The notes: a model not told the origin generated them from the sequence alone. A stretch of DNA of 63,721 bases, filler included, from Aduncisulcus paluster (GCA_024181965.1; 11 parts of 11 records of this genome joined end to end with filler, not necessarily neighbours in it), one strand, 5' to 3'. Shown: positions 36,898 through 50,107, counted from the whole stretch's first letter. A program made the numbers and translations.

Positions 36898-38300
36898 ATG
36901 AGGTATGTTCTTGTTTATTTATAAATTATTAGTTTAGTTCTATTTCAATCCTTTTATCTCTTATATTTATCCTTTTTTACGTGATTGGTAACCCATCTTG
37001 ATAATTCCATTTTAGCAGCGCAAAGCCAGAACTTTCAGGACATAGGGCGAAACAAAGAAAGAGGAATGTTATTGATGCATTTGATTCTGGAGAGTTTTTG
37101 TCTGGATTACACAAATTACGTGAATCTGTCGGAGATTCCTTCGAGAAATATGGACAAGCCATTGGTGCTGACCAGGATCTTGATTACAAGAGATATGCTG
37201 ATTATCTCTTTGATGATTTGATTTGTGGAGGAATTGGTATCTTATGTGATTTGCGTATGGAAGAAAGTGCCAAAGATCCCCATGAATTATCATTATTTGG
37301 ATGTTCTAACGAGAATTTTATACCCTATGTTGATGTTCTTTGCAATATTATTGCCAAGAAAGCCTATTTGAAATTGCTTCTCAACGACAAATTTGCTAAA
37401 TTGATGGACGGTATTGATTCCCTCTCCGAGGGGCATCTTTCAAAGCTTATGGGTGTAACCGCAGTCTTAACAGAGAAGAGTATACTCATTCCTGGTATTG
37501 CTCAAGTTGATTTTTGGTGTGTAAACTTCCTCTCTACTTCCAGACCTAGATTGATTGCCAAGGGATTTGCTCTCAATTTTATTCTTGGAACTGTGAAAAA
37601 ATACGCTGATTTATTCTCTCCTGATCGTGCTATGGAGAAGGTTATCCGTTCGAATGAGCTTTCTACCCGTCTGTTAGAGTTGATGCCTGTTGAGAGACGT
37701 TCCGTCGAAGAATTTGAGAAAGAATGCCATAAAATGGGACTAGACTTCCTTATTGAGGACGAGCGGAAGCGTAGAAGTGTCGAAAGCTACGATGATGTTC
37801 TTTCTGTCTGTGTTAATCGTCTTCATCATTGGGATGAAGAACTCGAGAAAGTTTCAAGTTCTCAGGCCGAAAGTCTCTTGCTTGCCCAAGGTGAGATTGA
37901 AGAGGCCATCTCAAAGATTGACCCAATGAACCGTGTTAAAGTTACATTTGATGCCATTGTTAGGAGAGTTAAGTTTGGTGGAAAATCTTCTCTTCAGACT
38001 GCCGAAGTTATGCGTGTCCTCACCAGATGGGGTCGTATTCTTAAAAATATTGTTGGGAACAGCTATGAATATCAAGTTACTCTTCTTCTTCAGATCCAGC
38101 AGACCTGTTATAGTGATATGAGAATGTTGAGCTCATTTGGAGAAATTGTGAAATATTTGTACGAGAACGACATTATTTATGAGGATGTTATTCGGGTTTG
38201 GTTCAAAAAGGGCGGAGATACAAGAGGTTTCACCGTCTTTAAGAAGCAGCTCGAAGATTTTATCCATTGGCTCGAAGTTGCTGAGGAAGAAGATGAATAA
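36898..38300 (+). CDS. BZW: BZW / eIF5-mimic protein (5MP), W2 domain; intron 36903..37015
   Basis: Splicing ATGAG|GTATGT...TTTTAG|C gives MSSAKPELSGHRAKQRKRN (family KP.LSG.R.K.RKR). Also LDYKRYADYLFD.LI.GG and a C-terminal W2 box WLEVAEEEDE. Confidence 0.93.
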
Positions 38301-38606
38301 ATGAATATAATTGGTTGATTTATCCTTTTTTGTTTCTTAATTTATCATCTTGATACAATTTGATACGTGGAACTATGAGATAATGATTTGAACACTTCAT
38401 CACTTGAAGAAAGAATATAATAGCATTATTATAATATTTACAATAATCTACACTTCAAGTACATATATTTTTTTCTTTTTAAAAGTTTTAAAACAATTTA
38501 ATTAGCAAGAAACCAGCAATATCAAAAATTTGTCAAAAAAAAATCAAAGATAATAGCAAATAAATCGAATGATGAATTTATTGAAATATTTTATGTGTCA
38601 AATGAA

Positions 38607-39356
38607 TTAATTATTTTCCTCTTCTTTTGGTGAAGCAGGATTTTCTTCTTCTTTGGAAGCAGTCTCCTCGCCTTCATCTTTCTTAGCTTTCTTAGTTTCT
38701 TTCTTTGCCTTCTTTTCCTCTTCCTTCTTCTTCTTCTCTTCCTCAGCTTTTCTCTTCTTCTCCTCTTTTTCCCTTATTTTCCTCTCTTCTTCTTCCTTCT
38801 TCTTTCTCTCAGCCTCTTCTTTCTCTCTCTTAAGGCGTTCCAAGGTATCTCCATAAACACGAAGAGCCGCAAGTTTGTTAAAGAGCTCATCCTTTGTGGC
38901 GAACTCACCTTCGTCGAACAGCCATTCTTCGGCATCGTTCATCTCACTGACATAAGCATCACACTTCTTGGCAGTACCAAAGGCTCTCAAAGATCCATAT
39001 TCACCACATTCATCTCTCATGCGGTAAATAAAGGCTTCAAGATCGTTGTAAATAGTCTCCTTCTCTTTAACTTCATGGTCTTTCTTGAGCAATTTCTCTT
39101 CAATTTTATAGTACTCACGTAGGGCATCATCTGAATTTCCACAGTAGTAAACATAGTGGGGAATACTGGTGCTGAACTCAACGGGTTTGGTGAATTCGTG
39201 GGGGATTTGGATCTTCTTCTTCTGAAGCTTCTTCACTTTGACTTTCTTGGTCTTAACAACCTTCTTGGCTTCTTCTTTCTTGGCTTCCTCCTTGGGGGCT
39301 TCCTCTTCCTTCTTTTCTTCCTTATCTTCCTCTTTCTCTTCATCCTTCACCTCTTC
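38607..39356 (-). CDS. Hsp110 (SSE/HSPA4-type Hsp70 family) C-terminal fragment
   Basis: NDLEAFIYRMRD and AEEWLFDEGEFATKDELFNKLAAL are Hsp110/Grp170 lid motifs. The acidic loop plus KKVKVKK and the lack of a KDEL-type end favour cytosolic Hsp110. Confidence 0.85.
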   Translation of the reverse strand, partial: EEVKDEEKEEDKEEKKEEEAPKEEAKKEEAKKVVKTKKVKVKKLQKKKIQIPHEFTKPVEFSTSIPHYVYYCGNSDDALREYYKIEEKLLKKDHEVKEKETIYNDLEAFIYRMRDECGEYGSLRAFGTAKKCDAYVSEMNDAEEWLFDEGEFATKDELFNKLAALRVYGDTLERLKREKEEAERKKKEEEERKIREKEEKKRKAEEEKKKKEEEKKAKKETKKAKKDEGEETASKEEENPASPKEEENN

Positions 39357-39456
39357 NNNNNNNNNNNNNNNNNNNNNNNNNNNNNNNNNNNNNNNNNNNN
39401 TTAATTAATTAANNNNNNNNNNNNNNNNNNNNNNNNNNNNNNNNNNNNNNNNNNNN

Positions 39457-42400
39457 GAAGATTCCATTTTTGTTTGTGATGATTGCTGCACGATTTCACG
39501 ACCCTTTTCCTTTGTAATAGCTTTTCCCCCTTGCTCTTTGTCATCTCCTATCATGTAATTCAAGTTAATATCGAGTATTGATGGCTGAAAAGAGACATGT
39601 CCCAGCAATGGAGAGCTTGGTATAGCTGAACCCAAAGAATAAGAAGATGAAGAAGAGGTTGAGGAAGAGAGAGAGGAGGAAGAAGGAGCGAGGAAAGATG
39701 GAGGTTTCTTTGCAATCAACTGGACTGGTGGACTTGAAGGCGGGCGAATGAGGGGAGATTCCAGAGATTCAACAGAATAAGAAATACTATTTCCTAAAAT
39801 AACAACGATATCTCCGCTTTTCTTCTTTTTCTGTTCACCTTCGAAACCAACATGTTTGACAAAGGATTGATCTTTTGTTTTGATTTTATGCATATCAATT
39901 TCTTCTCTGGGAAGAAGATCTTTTGTATTTTCTATTTTCTTTTTGTTGGCCTTATACTTCTCAATTCCTATTTTTAGATCATGAACCTTTTGTCTCATTA
40001 TTTCTTGTTTTCTTCTCCCTTTTCCGTTCCCCTTTGTGCTTTTCTCTCGTTTTTGATACACAACATGTTGAAGCGAAGGAGTATTTTTTGAGTGTTTCCC
40101 AACCTTTTGTCTTTTTCCCTTCATATTTATCTCTCTTTTCCCATTCCCTGTCCTCGATGAAGAAGATACGAAGGTTGACACTGAAGGAGATGTGATGTTT
40201 TTCTCCTCAGACTCACCCAAAGTAATGGAGGAGCCCTTGTGGAGAGTGATATCACTCACATCAAGAGGTTCGTGTGTTCGACCGAGGTTGTCCTGTGAAA
40301 AGATAGTTTCCACTGTCATACCATCAATACTTCCACTCTCGGTTCTCACAGACTCCTGTGTCAAGGGTTTCCCTCGAAGAGTCGAAGGGGAGGCAGGGAC
40401 GAGTTGAGACGATACAAGAGCAGAGTGAATGGTATCAACAAAGCTTGAAGCACACAGTCCACTTCCTGATGTACTTGCAGCTTCCTCACGATCAATAAAT
40501 TCACACAAGGAGGACAAGAAATCAGTATTTTGTTTCTTTGGAGATATAGAGGCTTCACTATGCAAGGGAGAGAGTTCAGAAATGGAACGGTTGCCATCTC
40601 GATATTGATGGTGTCCAATAGGAGAGCCAAGATCAACATCAGATCCGAGACGGGAATAAGATGTCTGGCCGGTAGAAATACCGTCTAGTCCGTCGAGCCC
40701 CAATCCAGTGTGTGATTCATCAATTGAACACAGCCATGTCAGCTGCGATAATAAAATCTCTTCCTTGTCCACAATGAAATCATGATATGGGTGAGACGAG
40801 GCCAAGGAACCAAGAGAGCTCGGTGGATGGTGTTGGATACTTGAATCATGCTCGCAGAATGAGCATGTCATACTACATTGAACAGAATCGCTTGGTGGGG
40901 AAGGAATTGTTCGAGAGAGTGTAAACAAATCACTAACAATTGATTCATTCTCAAAGCAAGCCCGCATCAGAGTTTTGAAGAAGGTTGATGTTGACAGCAT
41001 TGAAGATAAGATTAGTTTATGACCAGGGATGTACATTTGTTCATCCTCACAGAAATCATCCTCACCAATAATTCTGTGCCCAGAATCAGAGAATTGTTGG
41101 GGCGATTGGACTCCAGCAAGACTTATTCCAAACATGTGACATCCATTAATAGAATTGAGAAGGTCGAATAATTGTCCTGAATGCTTTGATATTTTTCTTG
41201 AAGTTCTCGACACACCAGGTGATACGGCTCTCTTCCTACCATCCATCACACGATATTTTGTATTTCTAATGCCTTGAGAGGGAGATTCAATCTCATATTC
41301 ATGGAGATCATCTCCTGATCTGTTCAAACAATCCAACATTCGTCCCCTAATATCAATATGGACAAGTTCAGATTGAGGATTAGGTCGTGGAAGAGTCAAA
41401 CGATGTTTGGGCTGGCTTGGTGAAGCTACTGGGGAATAAAGCGAACCAGAGTGGGTTGGAGAAGGTTGATATGATGAAGATGGACCAAATGAACTTGCAT
41501 GATGAACGGGTGTCCTTGATATTGGTTTCTTATGGCGTGTAGATAAGTGGGCCTCTCTGCTGAGGGAAAGGGTAGTTTGAGAGTGTTGAGATATGTGCTG
41601 AATGTGTTCTGATATGTAATCCATATTGAACAACGGCGACTGTGTCTGTTTTGTCGTGTGATCATAGGCTGAAGAAATACTTGGAAATACCATAGAACCT
41701 GACCTCAGAATGGAAGGAGAAGAAGTTCCAGATAATCCCATTCTCGAGCTCTTTGGACCCTCACGCATACGTACAAGCATAGATTCGGTGATAGTTTCAT
41801 ACAATAGATGGTGAGAAGCATACGGATATGTTGGTAAGTAGAGAGATAAGGGAGAGGCAACAGAAATGGATGGGACTTCAGAACCACGCTCACGAGACAA
41901 ACTAATCTTATACTTTCGAATGGCATGAGATAACCTCTTTTGTTCAATGAATGGAATATCGGAAATATTATTTAGAAACCCAGAGGGAACAGTGTAATGA
42001 GTTTTGGTTTTGTCATTATCAATCGAACAAACGTGAGATAATAATGCAAGAGACAGAGCTTTGACATGACCATTTCTCCAACAAACAGAAAAGATTCGAG
42101 CACACAAAAAATCATCGAAATGTGGATTATTAGACAAGTCAAGATATGAGAGATGAGTCGGATATTTTCCCCTCATTGGAAGTAAGTAACGTGTCAAACA
42201 GTTACAAAACATTGTCGAAAAATAATTACCGCGTAAATTGAGAGTTTTACATTTTGTTTCTCGGATTAATGAAAATAGGGCATCAGCAGATGAATCATCA
42301 AGATTACAAGATTCTAGATGTAAAATATTAATATAGACATGAGATTGAACAAATTTTCGTTGAATTTTCGAGTCAATTGCAAAAAGAGACCTCAATCCTT

Positions 42401-42569
42401 GAATATGAAGCATTGAGAGTGTAGAATACAAAATCTCGATATTAATTTGTTTTAACATTTCTTCTTCACCCTCTTTTGGCTGGGTTTGTTCTGTAAATTG
42501 TTTAATTACATCATCTAAAGGGATTATTTCGTTAAACTCACAAAAAGTTTTATATTCAAGCAAGCCCAT
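39457..42569 (-). CDS. RNI-like leucine-rich-repeat protein with long Ser-rich C-terminal region, 3'-truncated
   Basis: LHLESCNLDD, LNLRGNYFS and LDLSNNPHFDD are LRR motifs; first ATG at 42569. Confidence 0.8.
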
Positions 42570-43067
42570 TATAATCAAGCAATTAAATTTTATATATTAT
42601 AAAAAAATAGATAATATTTTTCAATAATCCTAATATACAACAAGAAAAACGCATTTTTGTATTTTTTGGTTTTATTTTTTCAAAAATTTATATTTTCAAG
42701 ATGTAATATTGTATTTTAGGAATAATAATAATGATAAATATTGTCCATATTTATTTTCCTCCAACAGATCAGTTGATATTTCTAGTTTTCCCCGACCCTT
42801 CTTTTCTTTGCCTTTGCTCATTGGACTTCTGTTACTATTGAGTAATATGACTCCATTTGTTAAGTATATTTTCAATATAAGACTGGTGGTCTATTTTATG
42901 CTCAATTGACTCCATATTTGTTTTTCTCTCCTCGGCAGCTCAGATAATTGGGTAATTCAGTAATTAAAACCATAATCTGTGTTTATAGTAAATGTAAGGA
43001 TAATTATGGCTTTGAAAATGAGTGAATAATATCGTGAAACAATTTTGCTTCTTTTTCAATTCTTTGT

Positions 43068-45574
43068 TTGAAACCTAGAAATTACAACACAATGAAATAT
43101 AAAATATTTTTCTCAGAAAAATTTTGGAAACAAATCCAAGATCTATTGTTGAAATATAATGAGACAGTACCGTTACTCACCGAATCCGGATCAATTCTTG
43201 CAACCACAGTTAAACTTTTCCAGGATTTAGAAGCAATTAAGTTTGTTGCCATTAAAGCTGACTTTGCTCGCCCTGCCGATATTTCTGCTCTTCTAGGATC
43301 TGCTCTGGATGCTGTTCGTAGGAAACACTCTGACTTGTCTGCGGGCTCCATTCTATCCAAGGCGATGCAAACCGCCACACAAAGTATCTTGCTCCTCAAA
43401 AAAATGAATGTCAAAGATGATCTTGAAATGCTTTCTATTGACAATCCCATTGTGGTTGTGTCAAGACTCGTCGCTTTGGGTCTCAATTCTTTATCATTTT
43501 TCAATCTTTTACCAGACAGACTTGATAATATGCGATTTGTTCGTTCTGTTCCACCTCTTGAAGATCTTAGACATGGAAACACTTTCGGTCCAATCCAGAA
43601 AACTGCCTGTATTTTGGAGTATTTCTTGTCTTGTTCATCTAATCTTGCTGCTTTGGAGGATACCCATCTCATGTTAATCCACAAGACGTGTTCGAATACC
43701 CACGTATCTGCTCTTTTCAAGGATGTGCTTGCCACAGAAAAGACTCCTCAGTTTTTGTTTCAGATCCATCCTCCAACTCTCCAACGTGCCAGACTTAAGA
43801 AAGATATTCCCGATGAAGTTCTGATGCAGCTACGCTCAGCTATCACAAAAGATGAAGTCGTCTGTCCAAGTTTCTCACAGATTCATGTTCAGAAAGTTGG
43901 ATACAGTATGCTGACTCCCGAGGCCTCCAAGAAGTATGTTGTGGCTGACTTTGCAAACATGTACATTGGTGGTGGTGTTTTTGGGTTTGGATGTGTCCAG
44001 GAAGAAATCATGTTCATGGTAAACCCTGATTTGTGCATTGGCAAGTTCTTGACCCCACGGATGGATGAGAACACTGCTGTGTGGATTCTTGGAGCTCCCC
44101 CAGTATCCTGTCACACTGGCTATGCCGGATCTTTCAAATATGATGGTCCCGTCCAACCCAAGATCCTATATAAATATGATCCCATCTCTGTGAGCCCTGG
44201 TCTCAATGCTTCACTCAAACATCCAAAGGCCAAATCTGATGCGTCATTTGTCGGTAAAGATATCTCAGTGCTGCCCTATTGTGTCGTTGCCCTCGATGCA
44301 ATCAACTTTCATGATCCAAAATGCTCCCATGTCGATTCATTGCCATGTAATCAAATGGGAGACCCGCATTTCTCGAGAGATTTGACTAAAATTATCGCTG
44401 CCTTCACTCCTCCAAATCCTTCTTTCCTTCTCTCCAACCTTACTTCTTTCTTACGCAGGACAGGAAAGAAGGAAGGCTTAGGATTACTTGTTCTGCCCAA
44501 GGAAGAATATGAGAAATTGTCTTCGATTTCTGCTTTAGATTCTTGTAAGAAATCAACCTCCTCCTCCTCCTCCTCTTCTTCTTCTTCTTCTTCTTCTTCT
44601 TCTTCTTCTTCTTCCGATAAATTACCTCCTTTTCTAAATCGAGAGTTTTTACATCTGCTAACTCGCCCTGTATTGAGTGGTCTATGGGGATGTGGGGCCT
44701 TCGGAGGCGATGGAATTATCAAAGGTCTCATACAAATTGTTGCATCTGTTCTGATTTCACATATAGTTGCCATTCGCGATTGTCCCTATTCGCCGGAAGA
44801 TAAAGAAGAATGGTGGAAAGATTTATATTATCCAATAAGGACATGTCCATTGATACCCGGAGAGCTGAAGGGAGNNNNNNNNNNNNNNNNNNNNTGTCTT
44901 CGATTTCTGCTTTAGATTCTTGTAAGAAATCAACCTCCTCCTCCTCCTCCTCCTCTTCTTCTTCTTCTTCTTCTTCTTCTTCTTCTTCTTCTTCCGATAA
45001 ATTACCTCCTTTTCTAAATCGAGAGTTTTTACATCTGCTAACTCGCCCTGTATTGAGTGGTCTATGGGGATGTGGGGCCTTCGGAGGCGATGGAATTATC
45101 AAAGGTCTCATACAAATTGTTGCATCTGTTCTGATTTCACATATAGTTGCCATTCGCGATTGTCCCTATTCGCCGGAAGATAAAGAAGAATGGTGGAAAG
45201 ATTTATATTATCCAATAAGGACATGTCCATTGATACCCGGAGAGCTGAAGGGAGAAGAAATAATTGGAGATGAGACGACTCTTGACTTCCTCCCGAAGCT
45301 TATTCCTCACATTCCGCTATCTCTCTGTCCTCATACAAAGGACTACATCTTGAAGGCATGGACCAAGATGCGTGATTCCATCCAAGGTTTGAAGCTATCT
45401 CTGGTTCGGAAGGCTATGGAAGAAGCAGAGCGCACTTTCCTTAAACAGAAGGTTTGGAATGTTCCAGCATTAATGCATTCATTGGCAACTGAAAAAAGTG
45501 GCATTGACCCATCTCAATTGAAAAGGGAAATGAAAACAATGAAGAAGAGCGTAAATCAGTTCGTAAAGAAGTGA
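43068..45574 (+). CDS. PARG: Poly(ADP-ribose) glycohydrolase
   Basis: ADFANMYIGGGVFGFGCVQEEIMF (GGG-X7-QEE catalytic signature), YAGSF, VVALDA and GLWGCGAFGGD. Split by a gap duplication. A phase-compatible intron at 42952..43078 implies further upstream exon(s), so the true start is uncertain. Confidence 0.93.
44518..45254. repeat. Gap-flanking duplication (357 vs 360 bp)
   Basis: 44518..44874 matches 44895..45254 except for one extra TCC in the poly-Ser tract. Confidence 0.9.
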
Positions 45575-46165
45575 TTCGTATTTATCATTTGTGTGTGTGT
45601 TTCATATTAATATTGATTCTATTTGTGGGAAAATTTGTTTAACCTGTAAAATAATGAATTTATAATGTTGTACAATGTACATCATGATAATCTTGTCAAC
45701 TCGATCTATTAATACCGCGTTTAATGATAGAAAGTCACTGATTTCCATCATGGACTTCAAATGATTTGAAGTAAATTTTCTTGATTAAATAAGATAATAG
45801 AAGATATCAAACTTATTTTTTCATAGAATATTGAGTGAAGCCATCGAATTTTGATCAATTTGATAATTGAGTCAATTTATCGAGGTTTGATACACTGATA
45901 TTAATGTATGTGTTTTATTTGTTTATATTTACAAAATTTAATTGGGGAATTCAACGTTTTAGTTTCATTAATGAAATATATCCTGGGTTACTGTCGAACA
46001 TACACTCGAACTAATATATCTTAAATTCTGTTCAATATTTTCATTTTATATTAAATATTACAAACATAAAATTGTATTTACTAATGATATTCACCATTAA
46101 TTTGCAGTTTTCTTTTCTAAGTATTCATTAGAACCATTGTTTTCATTTTGAAAGCGGATGCATTT

Positions 46166-46607
46166 ATTAGGGAAGGGGAGATACTAAAAAGACAGAAAGC
46201 TTCATTAGGGAAGGGGAGATACTAAAAAGACAGAAATAAAAAGAGAAAAGAAAGGCATTGAAGGATATTAAAGGGTATATTAGGTGGTAACAGACTGACT
46301 GCAGTACGATAAAGTTTCAGACAAGAAGGATACTGATTGTAGTGTATTCAGCATAGAGACGAAGACACCGAAAGGCAAACTCTACCAAGTAAACAATGTA
46401 GTGAAAAAACTAGTGAACAAAAGTTGCACATAGTGTGTAACTAAAGAACCGAGGAGTAGGGAGGAATAGGTGTACGGTAATCAATAGAAATTTCTGAAAA
46501 AGGCAACAGCAAACATATATTGAGAAGATTTAGCAAGACAAGGCATCAAGATGCTACTCTCTAGAGCCATCAAAATAAGCTAAGTCATTTTAGAAAGGAG
46601 TCGAGAG
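46166..46607 (+). mobile_element. Possible degenerate LTR-retroelement fragment
   Basis: Abrupt purine-rich shift; 33-bp direct repeat (46166-46198, 46204-46236) containing AGGGAAGGGGAG; AATAAA; TGGTAACAGA at 46285 resembling an initiator-tRNA PBS; scaffold ends here. No protein domain is visible. Confidence 0.25.
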
Positions 46608-46707
46608 NNNNNNNNNNNNNNNNNNNNNNNNNNNNNNNNNNNNNNNNNNNNTTAATTAATTAANNNNNNNNNNNNNNNNNNNNNNNNNNNNNNNNNNNNN
46701 NNNNNNN

Positions 46708-48277
46708 TGATAATCGTAGAATCTGAAGAATACAGGGATTGGGCTGAGGCCTCTCTTTTGCTAACTCTACCTTCTTTATGGACCTTTCGACGTTTGACAT
46801 GAGAGCCCTTTTTGTGGCGATGAGAGTGACCACTCAGATCTTTTCCTTCAGAGGCATCGTCATGAGAATGAGAGTGAGAGTGAGAGTGACGATGACGGTG
46901 ACGGTGTTGTTTACAAGAAGAAGAGGAGGAGGAGGAAAGGGAGGAAGAGGATGAGTCTTTTGCAACATGGTCACTCTGGGTAACATCTTTAGAATATTCC
47001 ACCGCATTTTCCTTTGAAGGAGCAATAGAATCTTGAGCAGTGGTAACTTCTGACATCTCCTCGCTCATCGCTGCTGTTTGTTCTCCTTGCTGTGGTCCAT
47101 GGACTTGACTTTGAGTCTGTTCTTCCAGTTGTTGAGAAGGGTTCTGTTGTTTTGAGTCGATAGGAGTGGAGGGATGGACAGATACTGGAGGGTAACACTG
47201 ATAGAACACATGGGGAACATACTGAACACCGCCTGAGGATCCCTGGACCTGTGTTCCATATTGCAGGTACGCGGGATAGGAGAATTGATACTGCAATTGA
47301 GGGACGGAACCGGTGGCGAGAGGTGTTGACGAGTTCGCGGGAGAAGAAGAAGAGGCAGAGACGACAGAAGAGGAAGAAGCTGTAGAGGAAGCAGAAGAGA
47401 AGGTTGATGATGATGTCGTGGAAGCAGAGGGGTCGGAAGAGGCGGAAGAAGAAGAATTAGGGAATACTAAGGGCTGAGAGGAAGCGGAGGGGGGAGGAGC
47501 CTGTTGGAAGAGAGGACCTGAGTACATGGGGGCAGGCTTCATTGGAATTTGACTGAAATAGGACATGGTGGCCGAAGTTTCAGTGTAGTTTTGGTCTCCT
47601 CTATATCCAGATTGATGCGATGAAAAGCGACCACGGTCTTGGCGAGTCCCTCGGTGAGATTTAGATCCATACGTCTCAGCTCTCTCAAGATGGACAAGAT
47701 GTTCATCAAGAACCCATTCACGATATTCTATTTTAAGAATATTCGCTGAGAACAATGATTCGTCACGAATAGCAGAAAGACAGGACGAAACGAAAGAACG
47801 ATGTTCAAGCTTCACATATGCATATCTGAGGAAATGAGAATCGACTAAATGAGTTCTCATATCGGGTATCTGGTGTAAATACTGATCAGGAACAAACTTG
47901 ACATGTCTGAGACCAAAACAGACCATAACCACATTTTCTACACCCAAACTCTTCATTTTTTCCTCAATATGGGCTTTTGTTATGTGTTTTGGAACAGGTA
48001 CGAGGCATACAATACTGTCAATACAATTTTTAGATGGTGAATACGGCTTTACAAAGACTGTTCGGGATAAGATACGTAATGGAGTTTTTCGACAGTTTTC
48101 TAATACAGTTCTTGCATTGTCAGAGTTCATAAAACTAACAAAAGCAAAATTATTCCTTTGAGTTGGGAATAAAATGATATCTTTGATGGAAACTCCGATG
48201 GCAGCAACAATGTCATTTGGAGTTGCATCATCGGGTAATTGAGAGACAAAAAGTGTAGAGGTCCTTTTTGAACCCAT
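46708..48277 (-). CDS. RRM-domain RNA-binding protein with Ser/Gln/Tyr-rich low-complexity tail, 3'-truncated
   Basis: RNP2 LFVSQLP and RNP1 NNFAFVSF; second degenerate RRM (RYAYVKL). Confidence 0.88.
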
Positions 48278-48680
48278 AATTTAAAGGGTATGCGAGTCAA
48301 ATGACGCAAGAAATGAATCCGGTGTGATCTCTTTGGAAATACAATGAGAAAGAATTATTTTAAAATAAATTATGGAATAAAATTTATATTTTATTAATAT
48401 TTTGAAAATTCATCATTCCAAAGCAGGCTTATCTGTGTGAGTCCAGCACTTTCGTTGGGCACTGAAACAATATAATCGGGATAACTCGAAGCTCAACGCC
48501 GAAAAAATAATGGAAGCATCAACAAAAATTGGGATGATTGTGAATTTAAATTTCTTCTCGTATTATTTGTCCAAATAGACACTCTAAGGACGTTTTGGCT
48601 CAGTCACAACGAAATTGTTGGATTTCGTCCTTAAAAAACATTTATTGTGTAAATTCAGTTTGATTCTATTAATATTAATA

Positions 48681-49788
48681 ATGCCACACACATTATGTTC
48701 GAATAGAGCCATTCCATTAGCCATTCCTGTTGTTGTCATTCTTCTTGGGTTTTATATTTTCAATTTCTGGCCTTTCCCCCAAGTTGATACCAAGACCATT
48801 GGATCCATTAAACAGATTATTGCAGAAGTTGAAGCAGAAGCTTCTAGTGCCCATAACTCTCGGCATCATGAAATCTATCTTCAGCCTTCTTCACATGAAG
48901 TGTACACTCCAGGGTGGAAACGAGCCATGGATTATGTCTTTTCACAAATGGCCGGATATAAGGTATTTCCACATCCAATATTCCAAATTGACATTGAGCA
49001 GAAGGGCTTGCCTCCTGGTTCATCCACAACAACGACTCTGGGGCATGCTCACTCCGTCAACTTTTGGACATCGGGAACTCAGGCGATTGTCATCCGAATT
49101 GCATTACGGGATTCAGAAATACCTTTGGACGAACTTCCTTGCATCCTTGTTTCTGCCCATGTGGATTCCACTTTTGCTGGACCAGGAATCTCTGACGATT
49201 TCCTTGGTGTGGCCACAAGTATCCAGGTTATTCGGGATCTCATGAGCTCGAAACAGATTTCAAAGGAATTGGTCACATCGATGCGTGAAAATAACTTCGG
49301 GATAGTCTTTGCCTTCCTTGGAGAGGAAGAGAATACTGTGTCGGGATCAACTGCTGTATTCCAGGCTTCATCCTTCATTCGACAATGTTCTTTTGTCGTG
49401 AATATTGAAGCCATGGGATGTGGAGGTGCTCTTTCACTCACTCGGACCAAATTCCCTTCTAGTGTGCACACCATTGAGCAAATCTCCCAGGTCTACTCAT
49501 CTCTCATCACAAGGGGAGTTCTTCAGGGGAACAAAAGTCCGTTCAATTTCTCTTCATCAGCATCACCACCTCCTGACTCTATGACTGAGACTCTTCTATC
49601 CTTCCTTGATCTTCCATTCATATCGCCATCGGGGCTGTACTATGGAAACAGTCTCACACAAGAGATCATGGAGAAACATCTGATATCGAATGCCACCGAC
49701 CTGAAGAATTATCTCGACCTTGGGATGGATGGAATGGATGTTGTGTTTGTCGCTAGATCAGATAGGTATCATCACTCTGTTGATGATT
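48681..49788 (+). CDS. M28 family metallopeptidase, ERMP1/Fxna-like, 3'-truncated
   Basis: N-terminal TM segment; ILVSAHVDS, GPGISDD, GEEE, VNIEAMGCGG, S.TD and YHH..D follow the ERMP1 M28 zinc-ligand order. Confidence 0.9.
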
Positions 49789-49889
49789 NNNNNNNNNNNN
49801 NNNNNNNNNNNNNNNNNNNNNNNNNNNNNNNNTTAATTAATTAANNNNNNNNNNNNNNNNNNNNNNNNNNNNNNNNNNNNNNNNNNNNA

Positions 49890-49970
49890 GGTGGAAGAAG
49901 TGGCTATGATGACACGATGAGCATGGGATCTGAACCACTAATGTACGAACTCGATATCCCTGGATTTTGA
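49890..49970 (+). CDS. Possible C-terminal end of a gene cut by the scaffold edge
   Basis: Open frame from the edge: GGRSGYDDTMSMGSEPLMYELDIPGF*. Confidence 0.3.
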   Translation, partial: GGRSGYDDTMSMGSEPLMYELDIPGF

Positions 49971-50107
49971 TTGGAATCCTCAAATACATCTTCTTGTCCC
50001 TTCGATCAGTCAGTTCAGAGAACTTCAGAGAGTAAAATTCTACAAAAAAGTTTACTAATTCAGTGCTCAAGCTCACAAAATGAAGAATTTTGGAATGACA
50101 TTTTTCA

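Noticed and set aside
8123..38300. Alternative genetic code (TAA/TAG = Gln, as in hexamitid diplomonads)
   Set aside because: Conserved genes end at TAG (eIF6) and TAA (BZW) at the expected positions, and long ORFs contain no in-frame TAA/TAG.
44810..45574. Second PARG-like gene
   Set aside because: It is the C-terminus of the same PARG, repeated across the gap.
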